From NCBI GenBank assembly GCA_030141605.1, contig JAQGDQ010000287.1, positions 186,001 to 250,000 of the forward strand: a stretch of DNA of 64,000 nt, in the 5' to 3' direction. Every line of letters starts with the position of its first letter. Positions within the stretch are counted from its first letter, which is position 1. Made by a program: the position numbers and the translations under genes. Shown here one piece after another: positions 40,952 through 55,200 of the stretch. Source of the DNA: Tubiluchus corallicola (Eukaryota > Animalia > Priapulida). The notes below the pieces were generated by a model. That model was not told where the DNA came from, did no database searches, and was given only the letters and a program-made list of their open reading frames with translations.

Positions 40952-41065
40952 CACTGCTGCTGTTGCCGTTGTTGTTGCTGCTGATGTTGTTGCTGCTGAT
41001 GCTGCTGCTGTTGTCATTGTTGTAGCTGATGTTGCTGCTGTTGCTGCTGCTGTTGTTGTTGTTGT
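40880..41065. repeat. (TGC/TGT)n trinucleotide repeat; similar tract at 25250-25335
   Basis: Seen directly. Confidence 0.95.
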
Positions 41066-44000
41066 CCCTTGTCCTTGTTAGCATTTTTGCTGTTACAATT
41101 TCCCAGAAATAGAGACTATTATTATTATACAAAATTTTTATTGATTGTTACAAAAAGTGATTTCTTTAATACAAACTGAAAAAAAATCCTTGATATTGTG
41201 GAATATTAAACAAACTGCCGTCGTTCTTGCTATGAAAAATTTGAAAATTCTGAATTTGTATAATTACACAGAACTGTATGATGTCTATGAGAGAAAATGG
41301 CGTTTATTTGCATTTAATATTTTAATTAACTTTTGTCCCACGATGATTCCTAAATACGTATGGATTTAACTTAAGCGAACTAATCACACCAGACGGCTTC
41401 GCCGGCGCGCGCAATGCAAAACGTTTTGCTTTAAAAGTTTTATGTAACTCTAATCAAGAGTTTTTAGTTTCGTGTAACTTGCAGCTGGCAAACGGAGAAG
41501 AAAAACAGGAAAAGAATGCGAATGTAACAGGGTAGACCTCCCAGCCATGGTGCAACATTTCGTACGTTACACGAGAATTTTTTCTTGTTAGTTTAGACAG
41601 TCTACCCGCATGAAATAACTTCATGTTTTTATCAGTTCTAACATCTTTACAGACAATTATAAGTGATATTTCGGTCTAACTTTGCTAGCGTTTTGCAAGT
41701 TCATGGGCATCAAGGCAAATGTCATAAGTAAGACGTGTTGAGTGCAAAAGACGTTTAAAGGAGAATAAATTCCCAAGTACTTTCCAATAAAAGTTATATT
41801 ACTTACTTTCTGCTTACCTGTTTGAAAGACTTGTGTAACTGGAAAAAAATCTTAAAAATTCACAACGTTCGTGCCACCTGGTAAAATAGCATCCCCAGTG
41901 TGCATCACTGGTTCACAAAAAACGCATTACTGATCTGATTAGCAATACAAAGTAATGGTTATTGTAAAGTAAAGTAATGAATCCCTGGTTATTTTTTCAA
42001 ACTTTACGCAATGTTACCTAAACTTGTTTCAAATGACTTATTGTTAAAATGGCTGCACTTAGAACAGTCATCGGGGCAGCATAAGTCTACAAGTTTTGTA
42101 CAGCGTTGCTGTTAACGCAAGCCCTGTATACGATGACAGCACCGAAGTGACAAATATTTAAGCTCTATTCATGAAAAGAGTTTTCTTGCTTTAAGAACTT
42201 ATAAAATAAGTTGGATGTGGCATAATTTGTCAATAATTAATCATTCTTAGTACTTCAAGTAAGCAGGTTAATCCATCTGACATTTATACAAAGGTTTCGC
42301 TGAGTAACAACAGCGGTAAGAGCAGTAACCTCTAAGCGCGCTACATGCGATACAGGAAAATTTAGCTCGACTACCCAATCTCTTGCAATTAAACATTTGA
42401 TTTCGTTCAAAATTCAAGAATGACTATCAAAGAGGAAATCTAAAACAGTCAATGTAGTCAAAAATGAGTATGTAATGTGTTTTTCGGAAATTTCAAATTT
42501 AAACAGTGACGTTGAAAACTAGACAGAGTATAAAAATTATAAATTTATTAAATGCAGTACCTAAAACACATTAAAATTCCCAGACATATTTCAACGCCTA
42601 ACTGGTGTCATTATCAATGGCATGAATTGTAAGTATGTATTGTATTCCATAAATTTTCTCGTTTTTCTTCAAAAGATTGTATAAACTTAAACTTTTTGTT
42701 TGTAAGTAATGTATAATCAAGAATGCTTCGAGAAGTATAGTGTATAAATTTTCAACTTTTTTCCTAGAAAAAGATTGCATATAACTTCAGATTTTTTTTA
42801 ATTTGTAAAATAAGTTAATTAACTAAGCTCTTACAGACGTACTACTTCTTAGTGTATTCTCAGTGTTGGAACTTCCCATTCACAGGCAACAGTCTGATCA
42901 CAGCCAACCTGAGTGATGGACATAGTACAAACACGGACAATAGCCATTGGTCAAGCGCCAAAGGTTCTTGAACTGAAGCAACAGATGGTGCATAATACCT
43001 TCATTTAGAAACTAATAATTAGTATGCTTAGACTGCAGCTACATGCATACAATTAAACTGATAACAGTTCATAGCTACTTACGTAATTGTTATTAAGTCA
43101 GCCGAGGTTTTGCACAGTAAAGGGCACTCTATTGCGAACACTCTAGTATTATAGAGAAAGTAGTATGTAGTCGAAATGTAGCAAAAATAAAATTAATTAT
43201 AATGACATAGTAACAGTAATAGTAATAGTAACATTAAAAGTAACAGTAACAATGGTAGTTATAATAGTAAAAGTAATAGAAAATGATATAGCAGTAGTAA
43301 TGGTAATGGTAGTGGCAATTGTAATCATAATAGTGATAGTAATAACAATAATAATAGTAATACATGCAGTAGCAGTAATGTTAATACACTTGTAAAGTAA
43401 CCTAAATTTATTTCACATAAATTATAATAAAAAGTTGGTTCCTAACTTGCAATACCAACACAGATACTCAAATTATCAGCCCAAATTTAGAAACATACAT
43501 GTATACACATTATTAAAGATTTCAAACAAATTGATTTACCCAAAAAATAAACAAACCTCTGCATGACTTTATTTGTCCGTTTACAATATTGCTTATTTCA
43601 GAAAACTACGAATACATTAAATTTATCAACACCCTGTAAAAAGACATTAACAGATTCTGTACTAGTGAGGAAATATTAGAGGCTATTAAATTTGAAATTT
43701 TGAATAATAAACAACATGTTTACAACTGAACATGCACACAAGGGAAAGACGGCTCATGCCTAGACACGGGAAAGTATACGAAACATTTACCGAGTGTTCT
43801 GCGTAAGAAAACACGGGAAAATTTGGGAAAATTCACCGATACGAGTAGGAAATCAGCTGCCCGTGTAGATCGCTAGCCTCTAATCAATTAAATTACTTCT
43901 CCCTGTTAGTCATACTAAGTCAACAATGCGCCTTATAGACATTTTCAATTAGCAGCCTTTTTGCGGTTTAGAACTATCAGGGCACAGGCAGCCAATCGAA

Positions 44001-47000
44001 TTTTCTTGGGTATAAAAAGTAAATTGTTCAATTTGTGCTTTTGAAATTGATGGCACTCGCAGCTGGGTAGCGGGTAAGACCCATTTCACACAGGGGGTGC
44101 TAACAGTAAAGAGGAGAACCATACAGTGCAATCATTAGATTCACAAATTTTCAGAAAACACCCGGGAGTAAGGTTACAATTCTCTGGTGCGTATTCTACA
44201 TTTCACAATCGCTTAGGTTGTTCATATTAAAATAGATAATAAGTACAGTTAAAATAAATAAGGGCTAGTGATTTAATATAGCAACTAAACTTTTTCATTA
44301 ACAAATACAAAATTATAAATTTATTTTGAGCCTAATTAATATTATGCTCTACAAATAATTTAATTTACTTTATTATTTTTGTGTTAACTACAACAAATTC
44401 GTTAGGTAACAGCAATACTAAATTAGTTATACAACTTTGCAAACTACACCTACTACATCAAAAAATATTACTCAGGACATTTACACACGGGAAAAGCAGA
44501 CCTGTGATACTGCCGGCTGCAAAACCACACAAAGTACAAATGCATGCAATACCAACTGAATAACAGCGATTACTGCATTTATGGCAACTATTTTAAAGCA
44601 ACTGCTCTAAAAGTTGCGAACTATCTAATTTGAACATAATGTGCATAAAATTTTTTGCAAACAAAAACACTCTTTAGGCGCCACGTATCATGATCGCACG
44701 GTACGTGCTACTGCCAGCAGGCGCGAGCAAGCTTATTCGTGAACAGATTTCGCCAGCGCCAGGAAACAAAGACGCACACAGGCTGAGAGAGATTAAACCG
44801 TCTGAGACTAACGCACTCCTAATGTTTTAGATTAAAGGTTTAAGAACTCCTAGACAGTTGAGCTTACTTATGCATATCTCCTGAAATCCTTTGCTGATTT
44901 GCTTGCCAAACAAAAGACCTGCTAGAGATGTGATTGACCAGTGATAAACAGATGACAGAAAGTGTACTTAACAGGTAATCATCAATGCTGGATCTGCCAT
45001 GCAAAAAAAAGTCAGAGGTAAAAAAGTCGTGAAGTGTCACAGGAAAAAATAACCACAACTCCACATCTAGCCAAAATTAATTGTGACTTTTTTCTTAGCC
45101 AAAATTGTGACTTTTTTCCTAGACTTTATTACATTCCCATTTTTTCTATTTTTCTTTCTGTGCCATTTTTACCGTGCCATTTTTACCTGTGCCATTTTTA
45201 ATGCGCTCCATATCATGCAACTTAGTAAGTTAGATAATTATGCTCATATAATTATTACATAGGCCTATTCATTTAAAATTAATTAAAATGATTAAAAATT
45301 ACCTAGGCATAACGAACTCTGCATTAGGATTTGGTTTATTGCATTTATTGTATAGGATTTGGTTTACTGCCTTTGTTGTATAGCTATGTGCCTTTGTATT
45401 ACAACTATTATGTTATTTTAATAGCTTCTTAAAATGAGAAATTTTTCCTTTTTTGTTTCTAAAGGTAAACAGTCCCACAAGATTAATTTATAGATTTGTG
45501 GCGATATTTATTACTAGCATGTACTACTGTTCATTTTGGTATGTACTAGTAATAGTATGTGCGTTAGTATTTTAGTTTTTTACAATGGTATTTAGTATGT
45601 ACTCGTAATAAGTATTTATTGCTTAGTACTAGTTAATATAATTACCAAAATAAAACAAAGTTTAATCGTACAATTGTTACCCACTTTTGTAACTGCAAAG
45701 TATCGCTTGCAAAGCTGAACAATATTTTGAAACTCCCACTAAAATTACTATATTATACATTATAATAAGTACTGTGTCTAGTTTATCATAACTCTGTTAC
45801 CCAAACTGATTGTGGAATTCCCTTCACGAATCCTTCACTAAATTTACTATTAATGATGACCATTGTGTTGAGTTTGTCGTAACATCACACAAGTTATAAA
45901 ATGTTCCAACGTTTTCCATCATTTTCTGAATTGCGAAGTGAGCAAAAACCGTCTCGACTGCCATTTCGCTCATCCGAGTCACGTGCTTGGGCAAAGTGTC
46001 AAGGTGCCAAACAACAAACAACATCAAAATACGGCAGATCTAGCAAATAAAGGATGGTGGATTGTCCGACAGATAAATACGTGCTGTCGCGCATCCACAC
46101 GGGTGTGAGATGGGCAAATGTAAGCACAAGATGAAGACTGAAGAGCATATCTTGTGTTTCTGCCCAGAACTGCAATGATCAGAAGAGCATCCAGTAGATT
46201 TGCCAAGTTAAGAGTGCCTCGCTAGCAGACCCAAAAGAACAATATGTCAAATTGTCTATCCAGTATATTTTTAAATGTCCGAAGGTGTACAATTCGATCT
46301 GTTGAGATTCGGGCTCTAATTGAGATATGTCCATGAAAGCGACCTTAAGATCGTGTTAAGATCATGTTTACAAAATACGGAACTGGTTTTGTTTTGAGTT
46401 AAATACAATATAATTCGAAAATAGTATTACTAATACTTACTTAGGATTGAAAACAATTTTTCCATATTCGGTTGCAACATTAAGTAGTGCTTGTGACATA
46501 CAGAATGTGTGCTATGTACATAGGTGACCAGTAATAAAGTCACTGAAAAAAAGACACATGTTTAGTTGGGAAAAAAAGTCACAATTAATTTATGGTTTGT
46601 CCAGAAAAAAGTCACAATTTTGGCCAGGAAAGAAAGTCGGGTAATCAAACAAAAATATTCAAGTCAGTCACAATTCATTTAATTAAAGTAATAAAATAGA
46701 AAACATTTCAAATCAGTTATTAACTGACAATACATGATTTGTACATACAGATGACACTGTTTACACATGATGAAATAACATGCATGTGAAAAAAATCATG
46801 TTTTGTTCAATATCTTAGGGCTAGGGTTATTTGTTTTTTCTTCGTGACTTCTTTCCTTGTGAATTTTTTCCTGTGACTCTTTTTTTCTGTGACTTTTTAA
46901 CCAGAGTTTTTAATACCAATATCCGTATATACATCAGCCTTGTATTTTGTTAAGTGTTCACTGCATTAAAAACGTTTTTATTACAATACTGGTCGGCCTG

Positions 47001-48681
47001 CATTATGTAATTCTTTTCAGTGATAAACATGATAATAAATGATTAATCAATCGATCAGTCTAATATTTACTGGCATCTTTCTTGTTTGTGTTGTAACCAA
47101 ACCAACATGTTGGTGTCGATAGCAGGTTTCAATGAGGGCTTCTGTATCTGTCAGTTGCACGAAATGATTCAGTCAGTTACTGTTTTAAAGTCTCTAAGCC
47201 ACTTGTTAACGTTATCAAATGTGAACTTCACTGAATCACAAGAAGTAAAACCGTTACAAACGAGAAAGTTAGGCAAACCTGCTCTGCAATTATTCTCAAT
47301 GCACGTGGATCATTGTAGCAGGGTCAAACCCTAACTTATCATCAAGTCAATTCTATAAGACAGGACATTAGACCATCAGAAGTGTTTTACCCACATTTAG
47401 ATGTGAATATGAATCACAAATAAAACCGTGCTCACAGCCAACATCGAGCCTCGCGGTCAACAACCAATCCAGAGATCAGTCCCGACACTGTTTAACTTCA
47501 GTGTCATTAACGAACGGCTCGTAGTGACAATATTTTTCTACATTTGTTACAGGAATTTGATTTATACAGTTTCATGCTAATTTATTAAGTCAATTCTTGG
47601 TATTCTCTTGCTACTAAATAACCTTGCACAGGGTAGAATTTCTAGCCAATCAATGCCTCAGGATAGTGCAGGTCAACAACAATTATTGAACGAAACAATG
47701 CCGACAATGTCCTTTCAAAAAAGAACTGAATGAGCCATTAGCAGAGGCTGTTCAAGGAACAATGACATACTAATGGTTAGTTAAGATTGTGAATAGAAAA
47801 GGGCAGAGGGAAAACTGATAATTACAGAGCCTCATGCTGTTAAAAACAAAAATCCGCCAAACTAATTAGGCGTTGAACCCAGACAAACTCTTTCCATGGA
47901 TTAATCCTATGCAGACAAACCGAGCGGGAAGCGGTAGGTCACTTCAATACAAAACTAGTTTAGACAATACCGGGCCGCGGGAGCATCCCACCTAATCGCC
48001 CCTGCCCCGCATAACCTTTCAATTTGTACTTTGTAAGAAAATGTAACTGTACAATCGGCATCGTGATTCAGTGAAACATTTTCTACGGAATTGAAGGGTT
48101 TAGATTATAACATGCCGACAATATGAGTTTTAAGCGTCTGAATACCAAGCACAGCAGGCTAAACTGTATCTCAGTATGCACTGCGGAGTTCTATTGTTGA
48201 TAATAATCAGCAAAAGCTTTCCGTTATATCAGATGCAATTACAACTCAATATTCTGAACTGGTTAATCGTACACTAAATGTAGGCAGCATAATACGGGGG
48301 ACATACAAATTACATAATATTTTGATATTATTATTACTATTTACTATTATTTGTATAAATTAACTTGAAAAAGAGTTGAAATTACAGTACGCTGATTTAA
48401 TATCAGTTCTGAAATTCTTTTTTTAAATGGACACTGCCAAAAATTTGCAAAGATCCTAGCTACATCAAATAGCAAATATATATATACATAATAAATAAAG
48501 TAAACAACAAATACTAGTAAAAAATACTAGTAAACAAATTCACTTTAAATACTTATATGTTAAGTGTGGTCTGCATGTGAGCACTCCTCAAGAATTTAAA
48601 GTCAGTTTTTTTCATTGCTAAGATCCTGCTTTTTGTTCAAATTCATTTTTTAAAAAAATAAATTGTACAATAAAAACTCAC

Positions 48682-48748
48682 CCCCATATCCAGCTTTGCT
48701 TCTATGTATCAAAAACAATAATCCTAGTACGAGTAACCACGTATCCAT
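48682..48748 (-). CDS. FGFRL1: FGFRL1 coding exon 1: signal peptide MDTWLLVLGLLFLIHRSKAGYG(E)
   Basis: ATG at 48748 opens a hydrophobic N-terminal stretch with an S-K-A|G cleavage-like site. Donor G|GTGAGT is phase 1 and joins the Ig1 exon in frame. An upstream acceptor ttttttgtag| puts the exon start at 48775, so there is an earlier non-coding exon. Not in the ORF track. Confidence 0.8.
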
Positions 48749-50301
48749 ATTAGACCAAAAATATACACACCAAACCTACAAAAAATATCAAGAGCAGAGC
48801 AATTATAGTTTTTATACTCCTCTGCAAGTTAATGACTTTTAGATATTATTTTAAATCTCTAAAAGTAATTAAAGAATTAGTAATTAATTCATTAAGCTAC
48901 CATTAAAAAAGCTATTGGTCCACAGTACTGTAAATACTGACAAAACACAAATCGCAAAAATATAGGCCTAAGAAATTGCAAAAAGCAAAAAACGCAAAAA
49001 TATGGGCCCACAAAATTGCAACAATATAGTATGAAAGCGCTAACAGTTAAAAGTAAATCAAAACCTTTATTAAGAACACCTTCACCCATTTCTGAACATT
49101 TACCTATATTCTATTAAACTATTCTAAATGACTCAGCAGTGCTTTATTATTGTAAAAAAGCATTATCAAATCAGTTTTTAGCATATTTACCGTACCTTTA
49201 TTCACTATACGTTATTTTTAAACTATCACATAACATTCATAAGTAATATTTAAGTTTTTGCAATTCGAACATTAAATTCATAAGTAATTTTTCAAGTAAT
49301 TCTAGTTACCGTATCACTGTTAAAACTAAAAGTACTTAACTGAAACATTTACTCCAAGTAATTTGTCTAGTGCTAAATTTGGTTTTTCGTGGTTTACTTA
49401 CTGAGTAACAATAATGATGAATTTTACTTTTTGAAAAATTTGCTTTTCAAGTCATCACGGTATTGGCAAAAAGGTTCTTATGAATTCAAATCTCAAACAA
49501 ACTGAATAGACTTACTGAGTAATCTACATATTACATATGTCATCATTAACTAACATCCTTAGTAAATTACATCATTATTAAATTACTTAGTTTAGCATTG
49601 TGAAATTTATTTAAAAGTATTTTAAAAAAATAAACGTTGACAAAGCAAGCGGCACGCCAATCTACTTGCTCAGCCAGTAATCTGCATTTCACATTAAAGC
49701 ACCATAATTTAATGAAAACTAGAACGTTTCCAGTCAAATACATCTAACATGTTAATCAATAATGAACTGGTGTTGTTTCATAAGCTTTTAGCATTGTACA
49801 GGGAAAAGCAGCCCTTGCATTGATTGATAATAAACACTAACATAAATTATTGTTTATGCTACATAAATTCAGCAGTGAAAAAAGAAGTGATTGTAAACAG
49901 AAATACATTATTAGGCTGGCTAATGCATTACGTAGGCATACTCATGATTACATAAATGCAGGTGGTATAGACAAATAAATTTAGATTCAGTATCTTACAT
50001 GGTACAAAAATGTTATACAGTACAAAAACACGGCCAGCCAAGCAGTGCATCCACAGTATGCATAATTGGAAATGAAATAAATAAAACTGCTACACTGGCC
50101 TCGAATTATAACCTAGAGAAATACTTTAGACTGAAAAGACAAAACTTAATAGTGAAACAGTTGAGGCATCAAATCGGACGCAATTTCGCAAATTGTTGAA
50201 GAGAGACCGTCAATAACCGTGTTATGATTAGGTCTCTTAGACTTCGTAAACAAGTAAGTACTATTATTAAAAGCGTGTTAGACCCAGATAAGCTTACTTA
50301 C

Positions 50302-50732
50302 TTTATGCAGCCGAGTCAAAAGTTGGTTTCTCTGTACGACGTTACCCTGTTACTCATACGCAAAATACTTTTATATCGGAAGAGATGCACATAATTATGA
50401 CCGTAACGCAACTCTTCCAATTAACAAGAAGATACTTTCCTAACTAGAAAGTTAACTACACTTTCGTGAAAGTTCTAGATCAACGCGACAGAAACTGTAG
50501 ACATCCCACGAAGAGCGTATTGATACATTCACCTATAAAAAATCATTCTTGATCGCCGATTTACAGCAATCTATAGTCACAACTTCAACTAGAAGGACCG
50601 ATGAATTCACTCATATTTCCAATACCACCTCCATGCGCACGCTAGAGTAACATTGCTAGTAAACTAAACTGACAAACTGTACGATCACTGCCAACAGCAG
50701 CTTTAGACAGATTGAATCTCAAACTCGTACTG
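50302..50732 (-). promoter_or_regulatory. Candidate non-coding first exon / TSS region of FGFRL1
   Basis: Strong donor AAA|GTAAGTAAG at 50301, non-repetitive CpG-containing sequence, and an Inr-like TCAGT near 50730. The acceptor at 48776 requires some upstream exon, but this location is only inferred. Confidence 0.35.
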
Positions 50733-51019
50733 ACTGCCACACAGCGGCAATTATGCGAAGCTTCCGCAGCATATGTGCAGAATACATCCTCGTATACTAC
50801 GTGGAATAACGCACATTACTGGAGATCAGACTCTTACTACGTGAAAACCGAAATCCAATAAGGCTTTTGGTTTATAATTGCTATTTCAAATGTTAGTTTC
50901 ATGCTGTTTTTATAGGTACGTTTTCACCTGGCTTATTATAGCTGCTAGGACAGAATGGTCCAAGTTTCATGACTATGTTTACGGCTCCACTGGTATTATT
51001 ATTTCTAACGATTAGTTAC

Positions 51020-51286
51020 AAGATACAAGAGGCAAGATTGCGATAGTATGGGCACCTGAAAAGAAGAGTCGGGGAAGATCACGTGGGAAGGGAGGTCATG
51101 GAAATGGAAGTGCTGGGAAATAGAAGAAGAGGACGACCCAAGCTGAGATGGTTTGAATGCATAAACGGAAACCTTAGAGAGAACAACATAAATGAAGAGA
51201 TGGTCAACAACAGGAATGCATGGAGAAGACTTATTCACAACGGCGACCCCGCATAGGGAAAAGCTGGGAAGAAGAAGAAGAAGAAG
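51020..51286 (+). mobile_element. 5'-truncated RTE LINE 3' end
   Basis: KIQEARLR*YGHLKRR...NRRRGRPKLRW...NRNAWRRLIHNGDPA* followed by a (GAA)n tail; same family as 30883-31385. Confidence 0.88.
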
Positions 51287-51419
51287 TTAGAAAAAATGCT
51301 ACAATATTACAATAATGCGCGATGTCCACTTAATATAGTTCTCATGATGATGTTTTCGACAATGAACTACATATCCAATGTAGGTGTAGTAAACAATGTA
51401 TATTTAACATGTTAAACTA

Positions 51420-52150
51420 GGTCTCAGCCTGATCTCCAACAATCTTTCGTCTTTCAATATAATTCCATTCCAAGCTCAACAATTTAATTTTCTAGCCTGC
51501 TCAGTTTCCAAGTTGGCCTGCTCGAATCTCGTTTCAGTTCAACATTTAGGTCAACTCTATTCTTCTCAAGTTACTCAGTTCAAAAAAATCAACTTTCAAA
51601 TATAACTCTCAACTCAGTCCCTAGGTCAGTTTAAAGTGAAGTTAAGCGAAACGTTTACTGTGTTTAGGTCTCAGTTTCAACTTTTGCTCAGCTCTTGGTT
51701 TGATTTAACACATCCAGTTTTTAACTCAGCACTCTACTGATCTTAATTATTGAATCAGCCCTTCACTTGACTCAGGCTTTAATTGAGCTTAAGCTCCAGG
51801 CTCTCCTCACTTAAATTCGCAACTCAATTCAAATCGCTTCCGTGCTTAACTCTAAACTTAATTCAACTTTATTCTTAACTCCATTCAGTTCACTATTCAA
51901 CTGATTTTAGTCCCACTCCAACCACAACTCAGTCGAAGTCAATCCAACTCAAGAAATCTCAATTTACTCAACTCACTTGCTCCTACTCAATCTAGCTCAA
52001 CTCTTTATAAAAGTCGTGTGTCAAATAAACTTAATTCAATCTAGCTTAATTCGACTGTAAACCGAAATCCCAGCTTGCTGACAACTATACCCTAAATCAG
52101 CTCAGTGTAAATTGAACTAACTCAAATCAGTTCACCTCAGTTCACACCTT
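51420..52150. repeat. Degenerate pentamer-like (ACTCA/GTTCA) simple repeat
   Basis: Dense actca/ctcag/ttcaa motifs on one strand. Confidence 0.6.
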
Positions 52151-52368
52151 AATTGTTGGCGCTATTTTGGTCTCATCTTTTCGTTTTTAGTAAACTGACT
52201 CTACTCGAAGTTTAGTAAAAAGTCAAAAAGGACCACTCTCATTAACTCTACACAGACTACAGAAACATGCATTTAATCGTACATAGTCAGGACTTAATGA
52301 CATTTTTCTAATCAACAACTTCATATTTGACATTTCATCATGTCAAATATAAGGCACTGTACAATGTC

Positions 52369-52778
52369 CAATGGCCGGATTATGACCTTTTAGTGTCCCC
52401 AGACTAACGAAATTATGGGCCCCATCAGACGTAGCCACCCTATAACTCGCCTGCACTCCCCTTGAATCTTTCTACTAGTATACATTTTTCGCTTTCGCAA
52501 ACATGTGCAACATGCTCGTGGAATGTTTTTGCTGTTAAAAATTTTGTTAGTTTGTGATGTCATCAGTAGTTGGGCTCGCCGCCGTTAATTAAATTTTAAT
52601 ATATTATTTAATTATCAGAAACGTTTTTGCAGTATTAATTGTGTTAAAATGTCTACTTTTTATCAGACTTGAAAATAGGGTAGTATATGCAAAATCATCT
52701 TGTCTTCCTTTAAGATCCCTTAAGCTTGAAGGACCCTAAGCTGCAGCGTATATTAACCTATAGGATAATCCAGCCCTG
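52369..52778. mobile_element. hAT-family MITE, 410 bp
   Basis: 8-bp TSD ACAATGTC at 52361-52368 and 52779-52786; imperfect TIRs caatggccggattat / ataatccagccctg. Confidence 0.85.
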
Positions 52779-54324
52779 ACAATGTCGTTTACCTACAAAT
52801 GACACCGAGTATATCACATTTACTGTTTTATTTTTGAGTAACGAAATATACAGAATTGCAGCTCACAAGTTCCCGACAGGGACTGATTTGCTTGGAGTCT
52901 CTCGGTCTGTATTTCCAAGTGTAGACGTGCTTACAGCGACTAGCTCTCAATTTGCTCGTCTGAAACTATTTGATTAAGTGTGCCAATTTTTCCCAATGGA
53001 GCGTTGCTTCAACAATGACTCATATAATTATTGTTATGGTGGTTTCACGCAACATGGAAAAAACCGTATCTTGATTTTGCGTGTGTTTGTCTGCACGCGT
53101 GACTGCGTGTGCACTTCAGGTTGCGTGCGTGCTTATAGTCAAATCACGAAAATGCGTTGAAACCGCTTTGGACGAATGCGATTTTACGTAACGCCATTCC
53201 GTCACTCAATATATAACAGCGATCTTTCCAATATGTTGCTGATGCTGCATAGTTCCCCCTTCTTCAGCCCCAGCGAATGTTATCAGCTCATAAATCAATA
53301 AGCAATCTGTATGAATACCGCCAGAGAAATGGAAATTTGACGCAATCTAAGAGATGATGACATTTGTCACTGCTATTATTAGTGAGTGTTCTCGGGAAAT
53401 TTGTACAGAATTGACGCCCAGTCATTATTATATCGAGTTACTGTAAACCACGCAATGGGCTTTTCGCACAAATTCGTCAAAAAACGACATCACCATCGTC
53501 ATCGTCGTCGTCATCATCATTCTTTTGGTAATTGCCTTTATTATTAATTACTTAACTGAATTAATTACTGAACTGCTATAGCCAAATGCATACAGTGACC
53601 ACACAGATATTCACACCAGTGTGTACTTAAAACTACATTGATGGGTAAATGTAGTTTTATTCAGAGCTGTGAAAGCAAGGCGGATCTTGCTTTGATCTAT
53701 GTGGTGATGGTAGGCAAACAGCTTGAGAAAGTTTGTAATAACAAGCTACAGGTGCAAAACTGATAAGTTTGATAAGGCTGAAGTTCCACTGAACAGATAG
53801 GCAACAGACAAATGTTTGCACGGGCCTTTCCGGCGGTCTTTTAACCTGTGGTGCATTGTCCTTCAGACTCCAGTGGATGCATCGTTCCCCTCTAGTCCTC
53901 TTTCTCAACTTCTCACTGTCGCACAGACCCTTACAGGCCTGTGTTCTTAACCTGATTTGCTGTTCCCTGTTGACTCTCACTTGTCTCTGTATATTTGTAC
54001 AAAATACAGTAAATAACATTTCTTCCTCAGATCAACAATCGCTAATGGATGATATGGAAGCCAAACAAAAATCTCAGAGGTTCCTATAGAGACAGGAGAC
54101 GTGGTGCGAGAGAGACTGTGAAGAGGAAAGAGAGTTACTGACGCATGGTATTCGATAATTTTCACAGCATACAGTTGCAGCAGTTCCTGTTCAAAACAAC
54201 TGGCTCGGGTCTTACAAAAAAATCCGGTTATTCGAATCGCGAATTCAATCTGTTCTTTCGTCAAACTTTTTCTCAACGACAAAAGCATTTATCCATTCGA
54301 GCTGCAATATGACGTGATAATTAA

Positions 54325-54325
<1 letters not shown>

Positions 54326-54365
<40 letters not shown>

Positions 54366-54566
54366 TTCATTTATGACATAGCCCAAGGATGACACCATAC
54401 TCAATACTTGTTTTCAAGGTGATTACTCACATGTTACTTCGATAAACCTACGTGCTTGGTCGAAGAAACAAGTACCATTTTTTAGGTCTTTGGTATGACT
54501 CGGTCGGGAGTTGAACCCGCGACCTCCCGGGTGAGAAGCGAACGCGTTACTAGTGAGCTACGCCCC
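54326..54566 (-). mobile_element. Apparently full-length tRNA-derived SINE with an (ATT)n tail
   Basis: Head ggggcgtagctcactagt...gggttcaactcccg (A and B boxes), then gagtcataccaaagacctaaaaaatggtac (resembles a Meta-type conserved SINE core, from memory), then a 3' (ATT)n tail. Confidence 0.85.
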
Positions 54567-54584
54567 AGATGGCAAGACATAATT

Positions 54585-55200
54585 TCCTTGGTTTAAGACA
54601 AAAGTTATCACAATTCGTTAATTGGTTAAGTGATCAGAATTGTTTAATTAATTAACTTTAATTGATTTAATTCCAAAAATATTTAATCGACGAAGTTGAA
54701 ATTATCTATCACGATAGTTAAGATGTCCTTCGTTCAATTTAATTTCTTTAGCAATTTGTTAATTAGTTAGTCAGTTAGAGTACTTTAATTAATTAATCAA
54801 TTTAAATTGATTTAATTTTTTTTCTGAGATTCAATTGACTTCTAATTCGGAATGATAATTAACTAAGGTGCGTTAGGCTTAAAACTAAAAAAATGTACAC
54901 ATTCGTTAATTAGTTCATTCTAACGTTTAATTAGCTCATTATAAATTGAATTTGATTACATGTTCCGTGATACAGTTAAGCAGAAATTTGGTAGGATAAT
55001 TAGATGGAATGCGTTTGGATCAAAGCAAAAAATTTATAGAAATTAGTTATTATATATTAGTTATTATATTTATAGTTATTAGTTAATTAATTAATTTAAA
55101 TTTTATTAAATTTATTTCTAATCCAATCGAGTTGAAATTTGGCAGCATCATTAGCTAGAATGTCTTTGGTTCAAAATTTGTAGCAAATCGTTAAATTGAC
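54585..55200. repeat. Diverged AT-rich tandem repeat, period about 140 bp
   Basis: Recurrent ttcgttaattagtt...ttaattaattaa...gaaatttgg...ttag units. Confidence 0.6.

Noticed and set aside
41817-41838. Possible minus-strand micro-exon (ccag|...cag|gtaagc) in the first large FGFRL1 intron
   Set aside because: The splice-like signals are good, but the protein is complete without it and nothing else supports it.
48892-49089. Hydrophobic 65-aa ORF as the FGFRL1 signal-peptide exon
   Set aside because: No suitable phase-1 donor; the exon at 48682-48748 fits much better.
54490-54566. Functional tRNA genes here and at 5043-5103, 7655-7720 and 15975-16045
   Set aside because: Only A/B boxes are retained; acceptor and anticodon stems do not pair, and the sequences continue into repeat bodies.
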